From IMG/VR virus record IMGVR_UViG_3300035148_000080, positions 1-31,786 of that record: DNA of 31,786 nucleotides. The stretch is one strand, 5' to 3'. A program made the translations under genes and the position numbers. The DNA is from a virus (lineage: Duplodnaviria > Caudoviricetes). How positions within the stretch are numbered: the stretch's first letter is position 1; each line of letters starts with the position of its first letter. The notes under the pieces were generated by a model. That model searched no databases and had not been told where the DNA came from. It saw nothing but the letters and a program-made list of their open reading frames with translations. Below are positions 16,917 through 25,481 of this stretch, piece by piece.

Positions 16917-17638
16917 CGTAGTAGTTTGATTTCGGGATAGATACTTGCCGTATTGGTCTTCCACGCACACATGGAAGGGTATTGTGCGACTAAATTACGG
17001 CAGGCAATTTCTTCCACCTTGTAACGGTTCTGCAAGTCTTGCATCCCACCTTTGTTCTTGTAGTTGTTGGTATTGGCAGCTACGTAATTCAAGCGCATTG
17101 TTCCACCCTTGTAGATGGTGTACAGTATGGTGCGCTCGTAGTCCGTCTTTGCTTCCTGTGTTACCAGTACACGTTCATCGCCATCGGCAACGAACCCATA
17201 CACATTCGCAACAATGAACAGGAATCCCACGTGTGATGTTGGTCGCATGAAATAACGGTTCGCACTCGGATACACTCCCCATATCTTCTTCTTCGCTTTG
17301 TGCATTTCCTCAAATCCACGCTTGATGATTACAGAAGATGGTATGTCCAACAGCTTCGTAAAGCCTTTTACATCGTCTTCTATGACCAGTACGTTCAGAT
17401 TGTTCTTGAAGTAATTGTGTATGAAGTTGAATTTATCCTTCGCTGTTGTGGTATTGGCTACTACGAAGTGTACAGGTGTGGAGATGGCTTGCTTGTACTG
17501 TTGCAGTTGTTCCATGTCGCTGACAAAGACATAGACATTGATTGGGTCTATACAAAGGTCGTGGAACACGAATTGCAGTGCGCACTTCTTAAGCAGTTCC
17601 ACCCTGTTATGGGTAGGTATGGCTATTACGTATTTCAT
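16913..17638 (-). CDS. TET-associated glycosyltransferase (GT-A fold, TAGT/GREB1-like)
   Basis: YVIAIPTHNR N-terminal strand, VIEDDV acidic motif, IWGVYP..N..FM, KTDYERT...GG..R.N and terminal GGMQ motifs. Same operon as the TET/JBP gene. Confidence 0.8.
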   Translation of the reverse strand: MKYVIAIPTHNRVELLKKCALQFVFHDLCIDPINVYVFVSDMEQLQQYKQAISTPVHFVVANTTTAKDKFNFIHNYFKNNLNVLVIEDDVKGFTKLLDIPSSVIIKRGFEEMHKAKKKIWGVYPSANRYFMRPTSHVGFLFIVANVYGFVADGDERVLVTQEAKTDYERTILYTIYKGGTMRLNYVAANTNNYKNKGGMQDLQNRYKVEEIACRNLVAQYPSMCAWKTNTASIYPEIKLLR

Positions 17639-18234
17639 TTGGCGAGGTATGAATCTACAAGGTGTTTGATGGTACTGCTGTTATCTTCAAATCCATGTTC
17701 TTTAGCAATTTCATCAAGGCTGCGAAGCATCTTTTCATATTCCTCCAAGTCATAGTACAGAACTATCTGCTTGATTGATGCGTTCATGTACGTATCAAGT
17801 TTTTCATCCAGTGTTGCCGCCATCCTACCCTTCGCTTCTATTTCATCTTCTACAATGAAGTTCGGCACAGGCGCACCCCAATTATTCAGGTCTTCCACGT
17901 TCCACTCATTGGCGAGCATTTCCATGTTCCAATCACCGTTCTGTACGTTATCACGTATGATTAGTTCCTTCTCCCTTTCTTCTGTCAGGTCAGGCAGTAA
18001 CACAGTCGGAACTTCCGTCATGCCGATTTCCTTTGCTGCTTCGTACCGTTGATTACCGGCAATTATCACCAGTTGTCCAGTGCGATTGCTGAGGATGATA
18101 GGTCTTGCTTCAAAGTAGTCCTTATTATCCTGTAAGGATTTGCACAGAATCTTGAATTGGCTGTCTTTGATGAATCGTGGATTGTTCGGCAGTTTGTGAA
18201 GTTTGTCGATGTGCCTGTACTCGATGTTTACCAT
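17635..18234 (-). CDS. ParB N-terminal (ParB/Srx-like) domain protein
   Basis: NNPRFI, IIAGNQRYEAAKEIGMTEVP, IIRDN...GDW motifs, plus a short C-terminal extension. Confidence 0.85.
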   Translation of the reverse strand: MVNIEYRHIDKLHKLPNNPRFIKDSQFKILCKSLQDNKDYFEARPIILSNRTGQLVIIAGNQRYEAAKEIGMTEVPTVLLPDLTEEREKELIIRDNVQNGDWNMEMLANEWNVEDLNNWGAPVPNFIVEDEIEAKGRMAATLDEKLDTYMNASIKQIVLYYDLEEYEKMLRSLDEIAKEHGFEDNSSTIKHLVDSYLAK

Positions 18235-18256
18235 TGTAACGATTATTTGTTTCGTA

Positions 18257-18264
18257 CAAAAGTA
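18257..18264 (-). promoter_or_regulatory. Bacteroidota-type sigma70 -7 element upstream of the modification operon
   Basis: Minus strand TACTTTTG (TAnnTTTG) in the 59-nt gap, 22 nt upstream of the ParB ATG. Imperfect -33 (TATG at 18287-18290). Confidence 0.55.
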
Positions 18265-18293
18265 TTTTTCCTTTCATTCTATGTGGCATAAAA

Positions 18294-18710
18294 TTAATCC
18301 CCATGGAAATTCTGCCAGTTTGTAAGGTATCCATCTATCAGCTTCTTTGCTTCGTTCCATCCACAGGCAAATAAGGCGCAGTAACCTTTGTCTGCCAGTG
18401 CAGCGAGTGTGTCTGCCTGCTCTCTGATGTGTTGAAGATTGCGCAGCTTACCATCGGCAGTGTACACTTCTTTCCTGTGCCTTTTCAATTCAAGGAACAA
18501 TCCATTGTACACGTTACGTGGTTCAGCTATGAAAATGTCAGGATACGCTCTGCCGGATTGCAGTGCCTTGTGTCTTGATGCTTGTACTTTGTTGAGCCTT
18601 ATACCGGCTGCGAAGTCTGTGCGGAAAATAACGGAGGGATATTGTAGCTTAAGATACGTAGCGACCTGCCTGTGCAAATCGGCTTCCAAGATACATGGCA
18701 ATTTTTCCAT
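18294..18710 (-). CDS. VRR-NUC / PD-(D/E)xK nuclease (resolvase-like)
   Basis: EADLH, GRAYPDIFI, GLFLELK motifs, then Q...L...GY. Confidence 0.8.
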   Translation of the reverse strand: MEKLPCILEADLHRQVATYLKLQYPSVIFRTDFAAGIRLNKVQASRHKALQSGRAYPDIFIAEPRNVYNGLFLELKRHRKEVYTADGKLRNLQHIREQADTLAALADKGYCALFACGWNEAKKLIDGYLTNWQNFHGD

Positions 18711-18903
18711 ATTCGAATTATACGTTTATAGCGATTTTAAGGATGATTTAAGCGAAGGTAAACCCGAAATGATAGTTGGTGTAGGCTATGTGGGAAAATC
18801 GTAAGGTGGGTCAAATGGCTACGTATGGTGGGATTGTGCGCTATGGGGTGCAGTTGCATCGGGTTGATGGCAGGGGTGGTCGCAGGTGGAGTAAATTTTG
18901 GGC

Positions 18904-18927
18904 AAAAAAAAGCATCCCGAAGGATGC
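18904..18927 (-). terminator. Rho-independent terminator ending the early/replication transcript
   Basis: Minus strand GCATCC-TTCG-GGATGC-TTTTTTTT: perfect stem, cUUCGg tetraloop, U8 tail, just after the stop at 18935. Confidence 0.9.
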
Positions 18928-18934
18928 CAGTATT

Positions 18935-19156
18935 TCAGACTTTTTTCAACCGTATAGCGATGTTAAGCCGGTGTAAGAATGGTCGTATGTAATGCAGTTC
19001 CGCATCTGTATGTATGCACGCCTGCTTCGCCTGTGTGGATATCATCACCTGTGGGTTCTCCACACCTATTACGCTGACATACTTCTTCTTCATACTCGGT
19101 TCTTCTTCTATCAGTTCAAGTTGGTATAGCTTAATTTGTTTTTTTTCTGTTTCCAT
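18935..19156 (-). CDS. Hypothetical protein
   Basis: 73 aa, A-rich leader, tiles between its neighbour and the terminator. Confidence 0.6.
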   Translation of the reverse strand: METEKKQIKLYQLELIEEEPSMKKKYVSVIGVENPQVMISTQAKQACIHTDAELHYIRPFLHRLNIAIRLKKV

Positions 19157-19162
19157 TTTTTT

Positions 19163-19417
19163 TTAATTGTGTTTCATATCCATTGCCATGTACACCTCAT
19201 CATAGAAATATTCAATGACATGGTTACGTGGAGTTGTGCTGTCCGGTTTCCTTTCACGAAACAGCTTCAAGAACCTGTTGTAGAATAGTATGTATGGCAT
19301 ATTGCATCCATACATTTCGGTCAGGTCTTTCACGATGCCGTGATTGACTTCCGCTACTGTCGCTGTGTGATAGTGTTTCATTTTATTTTTTTTTACCTCA
19401 TAGATACCTTCCTGCAT
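19163..19417 (-). CDS. Hypothetical protein
   Basis: 84 aa, tiles with neighbours. True start may be the second Met. Confidence 0.6.
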   Translation of the reverse strand: MQEGIYEVKKNKMKHYHTATVAEVNHGIVKDLTEMYGCNMPYILFYNRFLKLFRERKPDSTTPRNHVIEYFYDEVYMAMDMKHN

Positions 19418-19751
19418 TATTTGATGAATAGTTCATTGTGTCAAGCATTTCTTTCACCAGTTTCATGCGTGGAACGATTGCTAATTGTGTGACAAGATTT
19501 TTATTGTATCCCAATATGGAAAGATTTTCCGGTACTTCACAGTGATATCCATCCCATCCGAATAGTTCTTGGAACTCATCTTGCAGAAATGATGTAGCGT
19601 AACCATTGTCAAGGTCTTTGCAACCAAGATAATGACATACTCCACGATGCAGGTTGTTACTTGTTAGCTTCTTTATATCCCACTGTTCAGCTATCGCAGT
19701 GTTATACAGCTTAAGCAGGTCTTCAAGTTCGTCACGTAGTTTCGTTGTCAT
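19398..19751 (-). CDS. Hypothetical protein
   Basis: 117 aa, ATGA overlap with the upstream gene. Confidence 0.65.
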   Translation of the reverse strand: MTTKLRDELEDLLKLYNTAIAEQWDIKKLTSNNLHRGVCHYLGCKDLDNGYATSFLQDEFQELFGWDGYHCEVPENLSILGYNKNLVTQLAIVPRMKLVKEMLDTMNYSSNNAGRYL

Positions 19752-20002
19752 TTCTTTTGGTTTAAAAATATATCATACAGGTGTCGCTTGTCCACAACGA
19801 CCACCTCTGCGTTCTGCTTATCCTTCGGGTTGAACAGGCACTTATCCACCGGATACCCGTGGAGTTCGCCTTGAAAGAATACCACGATGTAACTGTTGTG
19901 TGCCTTTACAAAGATGGCTTCCACCATGTTCGGCTTACGTTCTTCTTCAAAGTTGGTGATGATGTTCTTGATGTGGGTTAATACCCTTTTGATTGCTTCC
20001 AT
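19748..20002 (-). CDS. Hypothetical protein
   Basis: 84 aa, A-rich leader after dnaB. Confidence 0.65.
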   Translation of the reverse strand: MEAIKRVLTHIKNIITNFEEERKPNMVEAIFVKAHNSYIVVFFQGELHGYPVDKCLFNPKDKQNAEVVVVDKRHLYDIFLNQKK

Positions 20003-20025
20003 TTTCTTTACGTTGTTTTTAATGT

Positions 20026-21417
20026 TTAAAAAGGTTTATCGTCTTTCTCTACTGCCTGCTGCCAGTGTTCCGAAACTTTCACAAGGTGCTTCACCTGCAT
20101 CTCATCCCATTGTGGAATGTCAAACCATCGTTGAATACTCAGGTCTGTCTTGAAGGCGATATCATCCAATGCACCATTGCGATGCTTACGGAACTTGATA
20201 TACCCGTTGCTGTCACCGTGCGCCTCTGTGCTTTGATAGTCATCACGTGTGATGAAGGCAACAATATCAGCATCCTGTTCCAAGCTACCGGATTCACGCA
20301 GGTCTGATAGTTGTGGTTCTTTACTCGCACGTGATTCAATCGTTCTGCTCAACTGCGACAATGCTATTACCGGCACTTCCAGTTCCTTTGCGATGGCTTT
20401 CAACTCCCTGCTGATTGCACTGATTTCCTGTTCACGGCTTCCACCCTTCTGCCTGCTTCCTGTTATCAGTTGCAGGTAATCCACCACAATCAGACCCACT
20501 CCATCACGTGCAATCATTCTTCGTGCTGTACTCTTGATGTGCATCGTTGTCATGGCTGCTGCATCATCAATGAATATACCAAGTCGTGAAAGCCTGTCGG
20601 CAGTCTTATACAATGTCTGCTGTTCTTCCTCTGTAAGCCTTCCACGCCTTAGATGTTCTAATCGTATGCGTGACATTGAACTTAACAGCCTGTCAGTAAT
20701 TTGGCTTGCTGACATTTCCAGTGAGAATATGCCTACACGAACCGGCTTCCTTACATCCTCTGCTGCGTTCAATGCAAGGTTGAGTGCGAAGGCTGTCTTT
20801 CCCACAGATGGTCGTGCCGCCAACAATATCAAGTCAGTTGGCTGCCACCCACAGGTCAACTTATTCAATCGTGTGTAGCCTGTTGGTACGCCTGTGATTT
20901 CTTCCTTGTTCTGCATGAGGTGTATCACCCTCTTGATGGCTTCCATTCCGAGTGTCCCTGTATGCTTGTATGCAGACTTGATATTACCCATAGAAATATC
21001 GAACAACTGCTTCTCCATGTCATGCAGCAAATCAAAGGCATCGGTTGATGGGTTCGCAGCAGATGATGATAGCTGCTGACCCATCGTGATAAATGAACGA
21101 AGCAGGTATTTCTCCTTCAGTATTCGGCAGTGCGTTTCTATGTGTGCTGCACTTACCACGTTGTTCGTGAAACGTGTCATCTGTGCAACTCCACCCACTG
21201 CTTCAAGTGTTCCATCACGTTTCAACTGGTCAAGAACCGTGAATATATCAACCTTGTAATTCTGCCGGTAAACTGCCTGTATAGCATTGAACGTGTAACG
21301 TGCCGGTGTAGCATAAAAACATTCTTCATGTAACACCTCATTGACGATATCCATTGCAGTACTGTCCAATAGCAATGCACCGATTACAGCCTGTTCAATA
21401 CGGCTGTCATTTGGCAT
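20026..21417 (-). CDS. dnaB: Replicative DNA helicase DnaB
   Basis: EQAVIGALL N-domain, Walker A AARPSVGKT, FSLEMS, VVDYLQL, ALSQLSR, LSDLRESGSLEQDAD, KHRNG. Likely start MPND at 21417. Confidence 0.97.
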   Translation of the reverse strand: MPNDSRIEQAVIGALLLDSTAMDIVNEVLHEECFYATPARYTFNAIQAVYRQNYKVDIFTVLDQLKRDGTLEAVGGVAQMTRFTNNVVSAAHIETHCRILKEKYLLRSFITMGQQLSSSAANPSTDAFDLLHDMEKQLFDISMGNIKSAYKHTGTLGMEAIKRVIHLMQNKEEITGVPTGYTRLNKLTCGWQPTDLILLAARPSVGKTAFALNLALNAAEDVRKPVRVGIFSLEMSASQITDRLLSSMSRIRLEHLRRGRLTEEEQQTLYKTADRLSRLGIFIDDAAAMTTMHIKSTARRMIARDGVGLIVVDYLQLITGSRQKGGSREQEISAISRELKAIAKELEVPVIALSQLSRTIESRASKEPQLSDLRESGSLEQDADIVAFITRDDYQSTEAHGDSNGYIKFRKHRNGALDDIAFKTDLSIQRWFDIPQWDEMQVKHLVKVSEHWQQAVEKDDKPF

Positions 21418-21421
21418 TAAA

Positions 21422-22126
21422 TCAATCTCGTTCTGCTGCGAGCCTGCGCTCACGTTCTTCGGCTTCTTTCCGCTTCCGCTTGTGTTCATCGTTGTTGTTG
21501 TTTACGGTTATTTTATTTTCTTCCTTGAACCACACACTCAACATCTTCTGCTTCCAGTTACGCACAGGCTTATCATTACTGTCTTTCCATTGTGCCAAAT
21601 CATAATACTCAAATGCCTTCGCACCAACATCTCCACGGTAACCCTTCTCTATAAAGTATGCCACAACTTCATCCTTCGTTGGAGGCACGAATGAACGCTT
21701 CTCCGTCACCTTCTTTGCCGCCTTCTGTGTGTCATTAACAGGCATCGGGTTCGTTGATGGTCTATTCCATTTGATTTCTGCACCCTTCTTACCGGCATCA
21801 CGCCTTTTCTTCAATAGTTCTGCGATATGCTTTTCGTTCTTGTATACACGTTGCGACCAGTAGTGTTGCCCATCTGTTTCAAACAGACCGACTTCAATGC
21901 AGGTGTTCACAATGTTCGTGAAGTCCTCATAGTCAACAGCGAGTAAAAAAGATAGCGACTTAATTGCCGATACCTTCTGCTTACTCTCTCCTGCGTGCAT
22001 ACGTTCAACGATTGCCCAAAAGATGCCATATCCTTCCCATCCATGTCGCTGTCGCAACACACCAATCTTTTCGTCTGTATGCGCATCTAAGTCGTGTGAA
22101 AAATATCTCTTATCCTTTCTCATCAT
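21422..22126 (-). CDS. Putative replication initiator / replisome organizer (Lin1244/DUF4373-like N-terminus)
   Basis: YFSHDLDAHTDEKI...GWEGYGIFWAIVE N-terminus, AGKKGA..KW linker, C-terminal FVPPT.DEV..YF...FEYY...W......VRNWK domain. Directly upstream of dnaB. Confidence 0.75.
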   Translation of the reverse strand: MMRKDKRYFSHDLDAHTDEKIGVLRQRHGWEGYGIFWAIVERMHAGESKQKVSAIKSLSFLLAVDYEDFTNIVNTCIEVGLFETDGQHYWSQRVYKNEKHIAELLKKRRDAGKKGAEIKWNRPSTNPMPVNDTQKAAKKVTEKRSFVPPTKDEVVAYFIEKGYRGDVGAKAFEYYDLAQWKDSNDKPVRNWKQKMLSVWFKEENKITVNNNNDEHKRKRKEAEERERRLAAERD

Positions 22127-22464
22127 TGGAGTTTTAGTTTTTCAAGAATCCTACTCCTGTCAGTGCGCACATCGTCATACACATCTAACAGGTCTTTCAT
22201 TGTATTCAAGGCACTGCTGATAGTGCTATGGTCTTTACGCCTTATCGCCTTCGCAATAGGCTTAAGTTCCATACATAGCTGCTGCCGCATTATCAGTATG
22301 CTCATGTGTCGTGCCGGTATAATCCCATTCTTACGTGTCCTTTCCTTAGAAAGAACCTGCTGTATTGTCACACCATAGTATTCAGCGCATACCCGTATGA
22401 CCTTTGATGGTTTGCAGTTGTTATTCATGATGATTGCATATTGTGGATTTGTGTTGAAATACAT
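22123..22464 (-). CDS. Stand-alone DnaA C-terminal (domain IV) helix-turn-helix protein
   Basis: VCAEYYGVT...SKERT...ARHMSILIMR...IAKAIRRKDHSTI matches the DnaA domain IV pattern. Start may be 22428. Confidence 0.8.
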   Translation of the reverse strand: MYFNTNPQYAIIMNNNCKPSKVIRVCAEYYGVTIQQVLSKERTRKNGIIPARHMSILIMRQQLCMELKPIAKAIRRKDHSTISSALNTMKDLLDVYDDVRTDRSRILEKLKLQ

Positions 22465-22474
22465 TGCCGTTATT

Positions 22475-22774
22475 TTATAATGAATCTGCCTTACTTGCCC
22501 TACACCTGAAAAATCCCTTCATCGTTGGGTGGTCTTTCATGAACTTCCGTGCGTAGAATGGCTTGAAGTCATTGCATATCTTATACTTGTCATCTATCGC
22601 TGATACGTTTGTCTTCCACCGTATTACGTTGAAAATAAATTCAGCACTTAGATTTTTATGTCCACGCCTTATCGCTTCAAATGCAATCGCCTTGAACTTC
22701 TCGTATATCTGTGGGTTCTTTTCATGATACTTCTCGAACCGTTCCATTGCAAAATTTATGGTCAGTTGCTTCAT
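22475..22774 (-). CDS. Hypothetical phage protein
   Basis: 99 aa. F.KYH.KNP.IY..F and ICNDFKPFYAR motifs look like a recurrent phage family. Confidence 0.7.
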   Translation of the reverse strand: MKQLTINFAMERFEKYHEKNPQIYEKFKAIAFEAIRRGHKNLSAEFIFNVIRWKTNVSAIDDKYKICNDFKPFYARKFMKDHPTMKGFFRCRASKADSL

Positions 22775-22797
22775 GTGCGTTACTGTTATACGTTAGT

Positions 22798-22830
22798 AAA
22801 AAGTAAGGGAGTGCTTTTCATGGCACTCCC
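22798..22830 (-). terminator. Intrinsic terminator after ssb
   Basis: Stem GGGAGTGC (22807-22814) / GCACTCCC (22823-22830), then TTACTTTTT on the minus strand. Confidence 0.7.
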
Positions 22831-22840
22831 CCTGTCTTGA

Positions 22841-23251
22841 TTAGAATGGTAAGTCATCATTGCCGCCTATCGGTAACGGAGGTGCAGTGTGTGCAGTAGC
22901 AGGTCTTTCACTGCTGTCTGCAAATGTCAGTAGTTCCAACTTGTCCACTCGCACTTCCAGTGATGCCTTCTGCTCTCCATCACGTGACGCATACGCTTTC
23001 GCTGACGGCCTTCCTTCCACATAGACACGAATACCTTTCTTTAAGAAATCTGCAATCCTTGAAGATTGGTTCTTCGTCTTCCACAAGGTGCAGTTCACCC
23101 AATATGTATTCTCCTTAGTTTCCCCTGACTGAGCAGTGTACTTTTCTGTAACTGCTACTGCGAATGAAATTGCCATTGCACCATCAGCGATGGTTCTTAC
23201 TTCGGCATCTTTCCCAAGATTACCGATAAGCTGTGTTCTTAGTAAACTCAT
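22841..23251 (-). CDS. ssb: Single-stranded DNA-binding protein
   Basis: LIGNLGKDAE, FAVAVTE, LKKG..VYVEG OB-fold motifs and acidic DDLPF tail. Confidence 0.95.
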   Translation of the reverse strand: MSLLRTQLIGNLGKDAEVRTIADGAMAISFAVAVTEKYTAQSGETKENTYWVNCTLWKTKNQSSRIADFLKKGIRVYVEGRPSAKAYASRDGEQKASLEVRVDKLELLTFADSSERPATAHTAPPLPIGGNDDLPF

Positions 23252-23272
23252 AACTCTTGATTGTATTGTTGT

Positions 23273-23743
23273 TTATAATTCTGACCATTCCTGACGCATC
23301 ACCCTGTATCCACGTTCCTTGAGATACCGGATGGCTTCCTTAATCCTGTCTTCTTCTGTTGGCTGCACATCATTCGTAGCGACATGAACCTGTGGTTCGG
23401 ATATCATTAATTCAGCCTGCACAACTTCTTTCTGCTTACGTTCACTTGACATTCTTTCCATGTACCTCAGGTAACTGTTACGCACATTCAGCGCATCGCT
23501 TGCTGTTGGTTCATGTTTAATATCCACGAACCTGTACTTACCCAATTCACGCTTCAATATGCCTGCATCTTGCATGAACGTACATAGTGCAGTGTTGATG
23601 TGCAGTTCTTTGAATATGTGCCGCACATCCATTGTCGAGAACAATTCCTTATGAAGGACTGCGTATTCATACACTCGCTTCATGCCTTCAAAGATTTTGG
23701 TCAATGCCTGACCATCCCTGCCGTTGATTTTTTGTGTTGTCAT
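23273..23743 (-). CDS. Hypothetical protein
   Basis: 156 aa, ends AIRYLKERGYRV. A-rich leader. Confidence 0.7.
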   Translation of the reverse strand: MTTQKINGRDGQALTKIFEGMKRVYEYAVLHKELFSTMDVRHIFKELHINTALCTFMQDAGILKRELGKYRFVDIKHEPTASDALNVRNSYLRYMERMSSERKQKEVVQAELMISEPQVHVATNDVQPTEEDRIKEAIRYLKERGYRVMRQEWSEL

Positions 23744-23754
23744 TTGTTGTCGTG

Positions 23755-24477
23755 TTAAATGGTTTCGAAAAATCTGCCGATATACTTTTGTTTCAATGAT
23801 TCAGCATACTCTACCTTTTCGATGATGGCATTGAACACATCTTGGTCAGGATACACACGTGCGAAGAATAGCCTGTGCTTCTCTTCCAAGTCAAACTCAT
23901 ACTTATTGCCATACTCGTCTGTAATGCTCGTTGTAAGGTATCGTACCAAGTATGCAACATCTGCACCTGTCGCCATCATCTGTGTCTGTAACTGATAGAA
24001 GTAGTTACGTGGAACACCTTGAAACTTATCATTCTCCTTACAATTCAGCAGCATCATCTTTTGGTCATAGAACGATACAGGGTCGTATGGACACTTAATG
24101 TCGCATACACCAACAATATCAATTCCATCTATCTCAACTCCATCCGGTGATGCACCCGATAATTCACCTATCGGATAGAACGTATTGGCAGAAGGCGTAA
24201 AGTTGAATCCATTGATGCGATTGAATACTTCAAATGCTTCATGTTCATTTACAACACCATGTTCAGTCGGCTTACTTGTGAATGTCTTACGGTAGCCGGT
24301 GATTTCTTCCACAGCCTTCGCCATGATATAATCCTGTGCCGTTTCACTCAACCATCCCTTTTCTTTCGCTTCCTTCGTCTTTGGTTCAACGAATAACTTA
24401 TACATCTCCGATGCTGTGAACCTTCCAATTTTAGCCTGCTGCCATTCTGATAGCGTCTGCGTGATATTATTTTCCAT
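23755..24477 (-). CDS. YqaJ / lambda-exonuclease family recombination nuclease
   Basis: W...KIGRFTASE, HGVVNEHEA, GASPDG, DIKCP, YFYQLQTQM. Likely start MENN at 24477. Confidence 0.9.
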   Translation of the reverse strand: MENNITQTLSEWQQAKIGRFTASEMYKLFVEPKTKEAKEKGWLSETAQDYIMAKAVEEITGYRKTFTSKPTEHGVVNEHEAFEVFNRINGFNFTPSANTFYPIGELSGASPDGVEIDGIDIVGVCDIKCPYDPVSFYDQKMMLLNCKENDKFQGVPRNYFYQLQTQMMATGADVAYLVRYLTTSITDEYGNKYEFDLEEKHRLFFARVYPDQDVFNAIIEKVEYAESLKQKYIGRFFETI

Positions 24478-25132
24478 TTGTGATTTGTGTTTTACGCTGT
24501 GAAAAAAGCAGCTTGATATCTGCATACTGTTCTATCGTGTTCTTATTCCGGTTATACAGGTCAAGCAGGTCTTCCGTTGTCTTGCAGGCGGAAAGCTGTT
24601 GTTTCCACAGTAGTAATACATCGCCACCATCAGCCTGTTCCACTGCGAGTTCTTGCTTCTGTTGTGGCTTCGGTGCTTCTGTCGTGGCTGCCTGCTGTCC
24701 TGTGTTCGTTGCATCGGGGTCTTGGTTGTCATCAAGTGCTAACAACCCTGACAATGCGTATTTCCGTGCGTAGGAACTTGCTGCTCCCGTAACCTGTGCG
24801 CCATCCATACCCTTCTTTGATTCTTCTTCCCTTGCATACGCTACACACTGATATGTGATACCTGTTGCACTGGTGAGCATCGCAGTAGCCTTAACATAAT
24901 ACCTGTCACCGATATGTACCAGTTCGTCAGTCAGTGTAAGTGCATATCCCATCTCGTTGCAGATAGGCTTCGCAGCTTCCATAATGTCTTCGGCTGCACG
25001 ATACTTGTACTTGCCGAATGTGTTGTACTTTCCTTTCGGTGCTCTGATGACTGACTGCATCACAGCGAGGTCGTTTACTGGCGTGATTGGCGATTCAGAT
25101 TTGACCGCTTCCGCTTTCTTAGTTGTTGCCAT
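24467..25132 (-). CDS. ERF-family single-strand annealing protein
   Basis: APKGKYNTFGKYKYRAAEDI, AYAREEESKKGMDGAQVTGAASSYARKYALSGL...DPD. Confidence 0.9.
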   Translation of the reverse strand: MATTKKAEAVKSESPITPVNDLAVMQSVIRAPKGKYNTFGKYKYRAAEDIMEAAKPICNEMGYALTLTDELVHIGDRYYVKATAMLTSATGITYQCVAYAREEESKKGMDGAQVTGAASSYARKYALSGLLALDDNQDPDATNTGQQAATTEAPKPQQKQELAVEQADGGDVLLLWKQQLSACKTTEDLLDLYNRNKNTIEQYADIKLLFSQRKTQITNGK

Positions 25133-25409
25133 TGTTCTTCTTTGTTTTTATGTACGTTTTTAAATCTGGAATAAAGCTGTCGGAATCATAGTATTCCTCA
25201 AATGTCATTGTACCTGTCTTTTGCACGTGTTCACCTGCGTGGTCAGAATAGTCCATCACCCAATCCCTTCCATTCTGCAAATCCACCCACTGTTCAAACT
25301 CCGCACGTTCTATTCTTGTGTTGTGCCTTTCTGCTGCCACCATCGTAAGACCGTCAGACCATTCTACATCTATGTAGTTGGTCGCTTCCTTGATATCAAT
25401 TATTCTCAT
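25119..25409 (-). CDS. Hypothetical protein
   Basis: 96 aa, acidic, tiles with neighbours. Confidence 0.65.
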   Translation of the reverse strand: MRIIDIKEATNYIDVEWSDGLTMVAAERHNTRIERAEFEQWVDLQNGRDWVMDYSDHAGEHVQKTGTMTFEEYYDSDSFIPDLKTYIKTKKNNGNN

Positions 25410-25435
25410 ATCTTTACTGCCTGTTTTTAATGTGT

Positions 25436-25475
25436 TGAAAACATGGGGTACTGCGAGTCGTGTCGTAGTACCCCA
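25436..25475 (-). terminator. Probable intrinsic terminator after the DUF932 gene
   Basis: 13-bp near-perfect stem TGGGGTACTGCGA (25444-25456) / TCGTAGTACCCCA (25463-25475), then TGTTTT on the minus strand. Confidence 0.6.
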
Positions 25476-25481
25476 ATTTAT

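Noticed and set aside
17635-18234. ParB as a plasmid-prophage partition system
   Set aside because: No ParA or parS array and no HTH domain are seen. It is the short ParB-N type that accompanies phage modification and terminase genes.
21418-21489. Longer ORF-track starts for dnaB (21489), and likewise 16970, 24525, 29945 and 3308
   Set aside because: The extensions overlap upstream genes or hairpins and lack family-like sequence; downstream Met codons give tight coupling or proper leaders.
21422-22126. Iteron-type origin inside the initiator gene
   Set aside because: I could not identify convincing direct repeats by eye.
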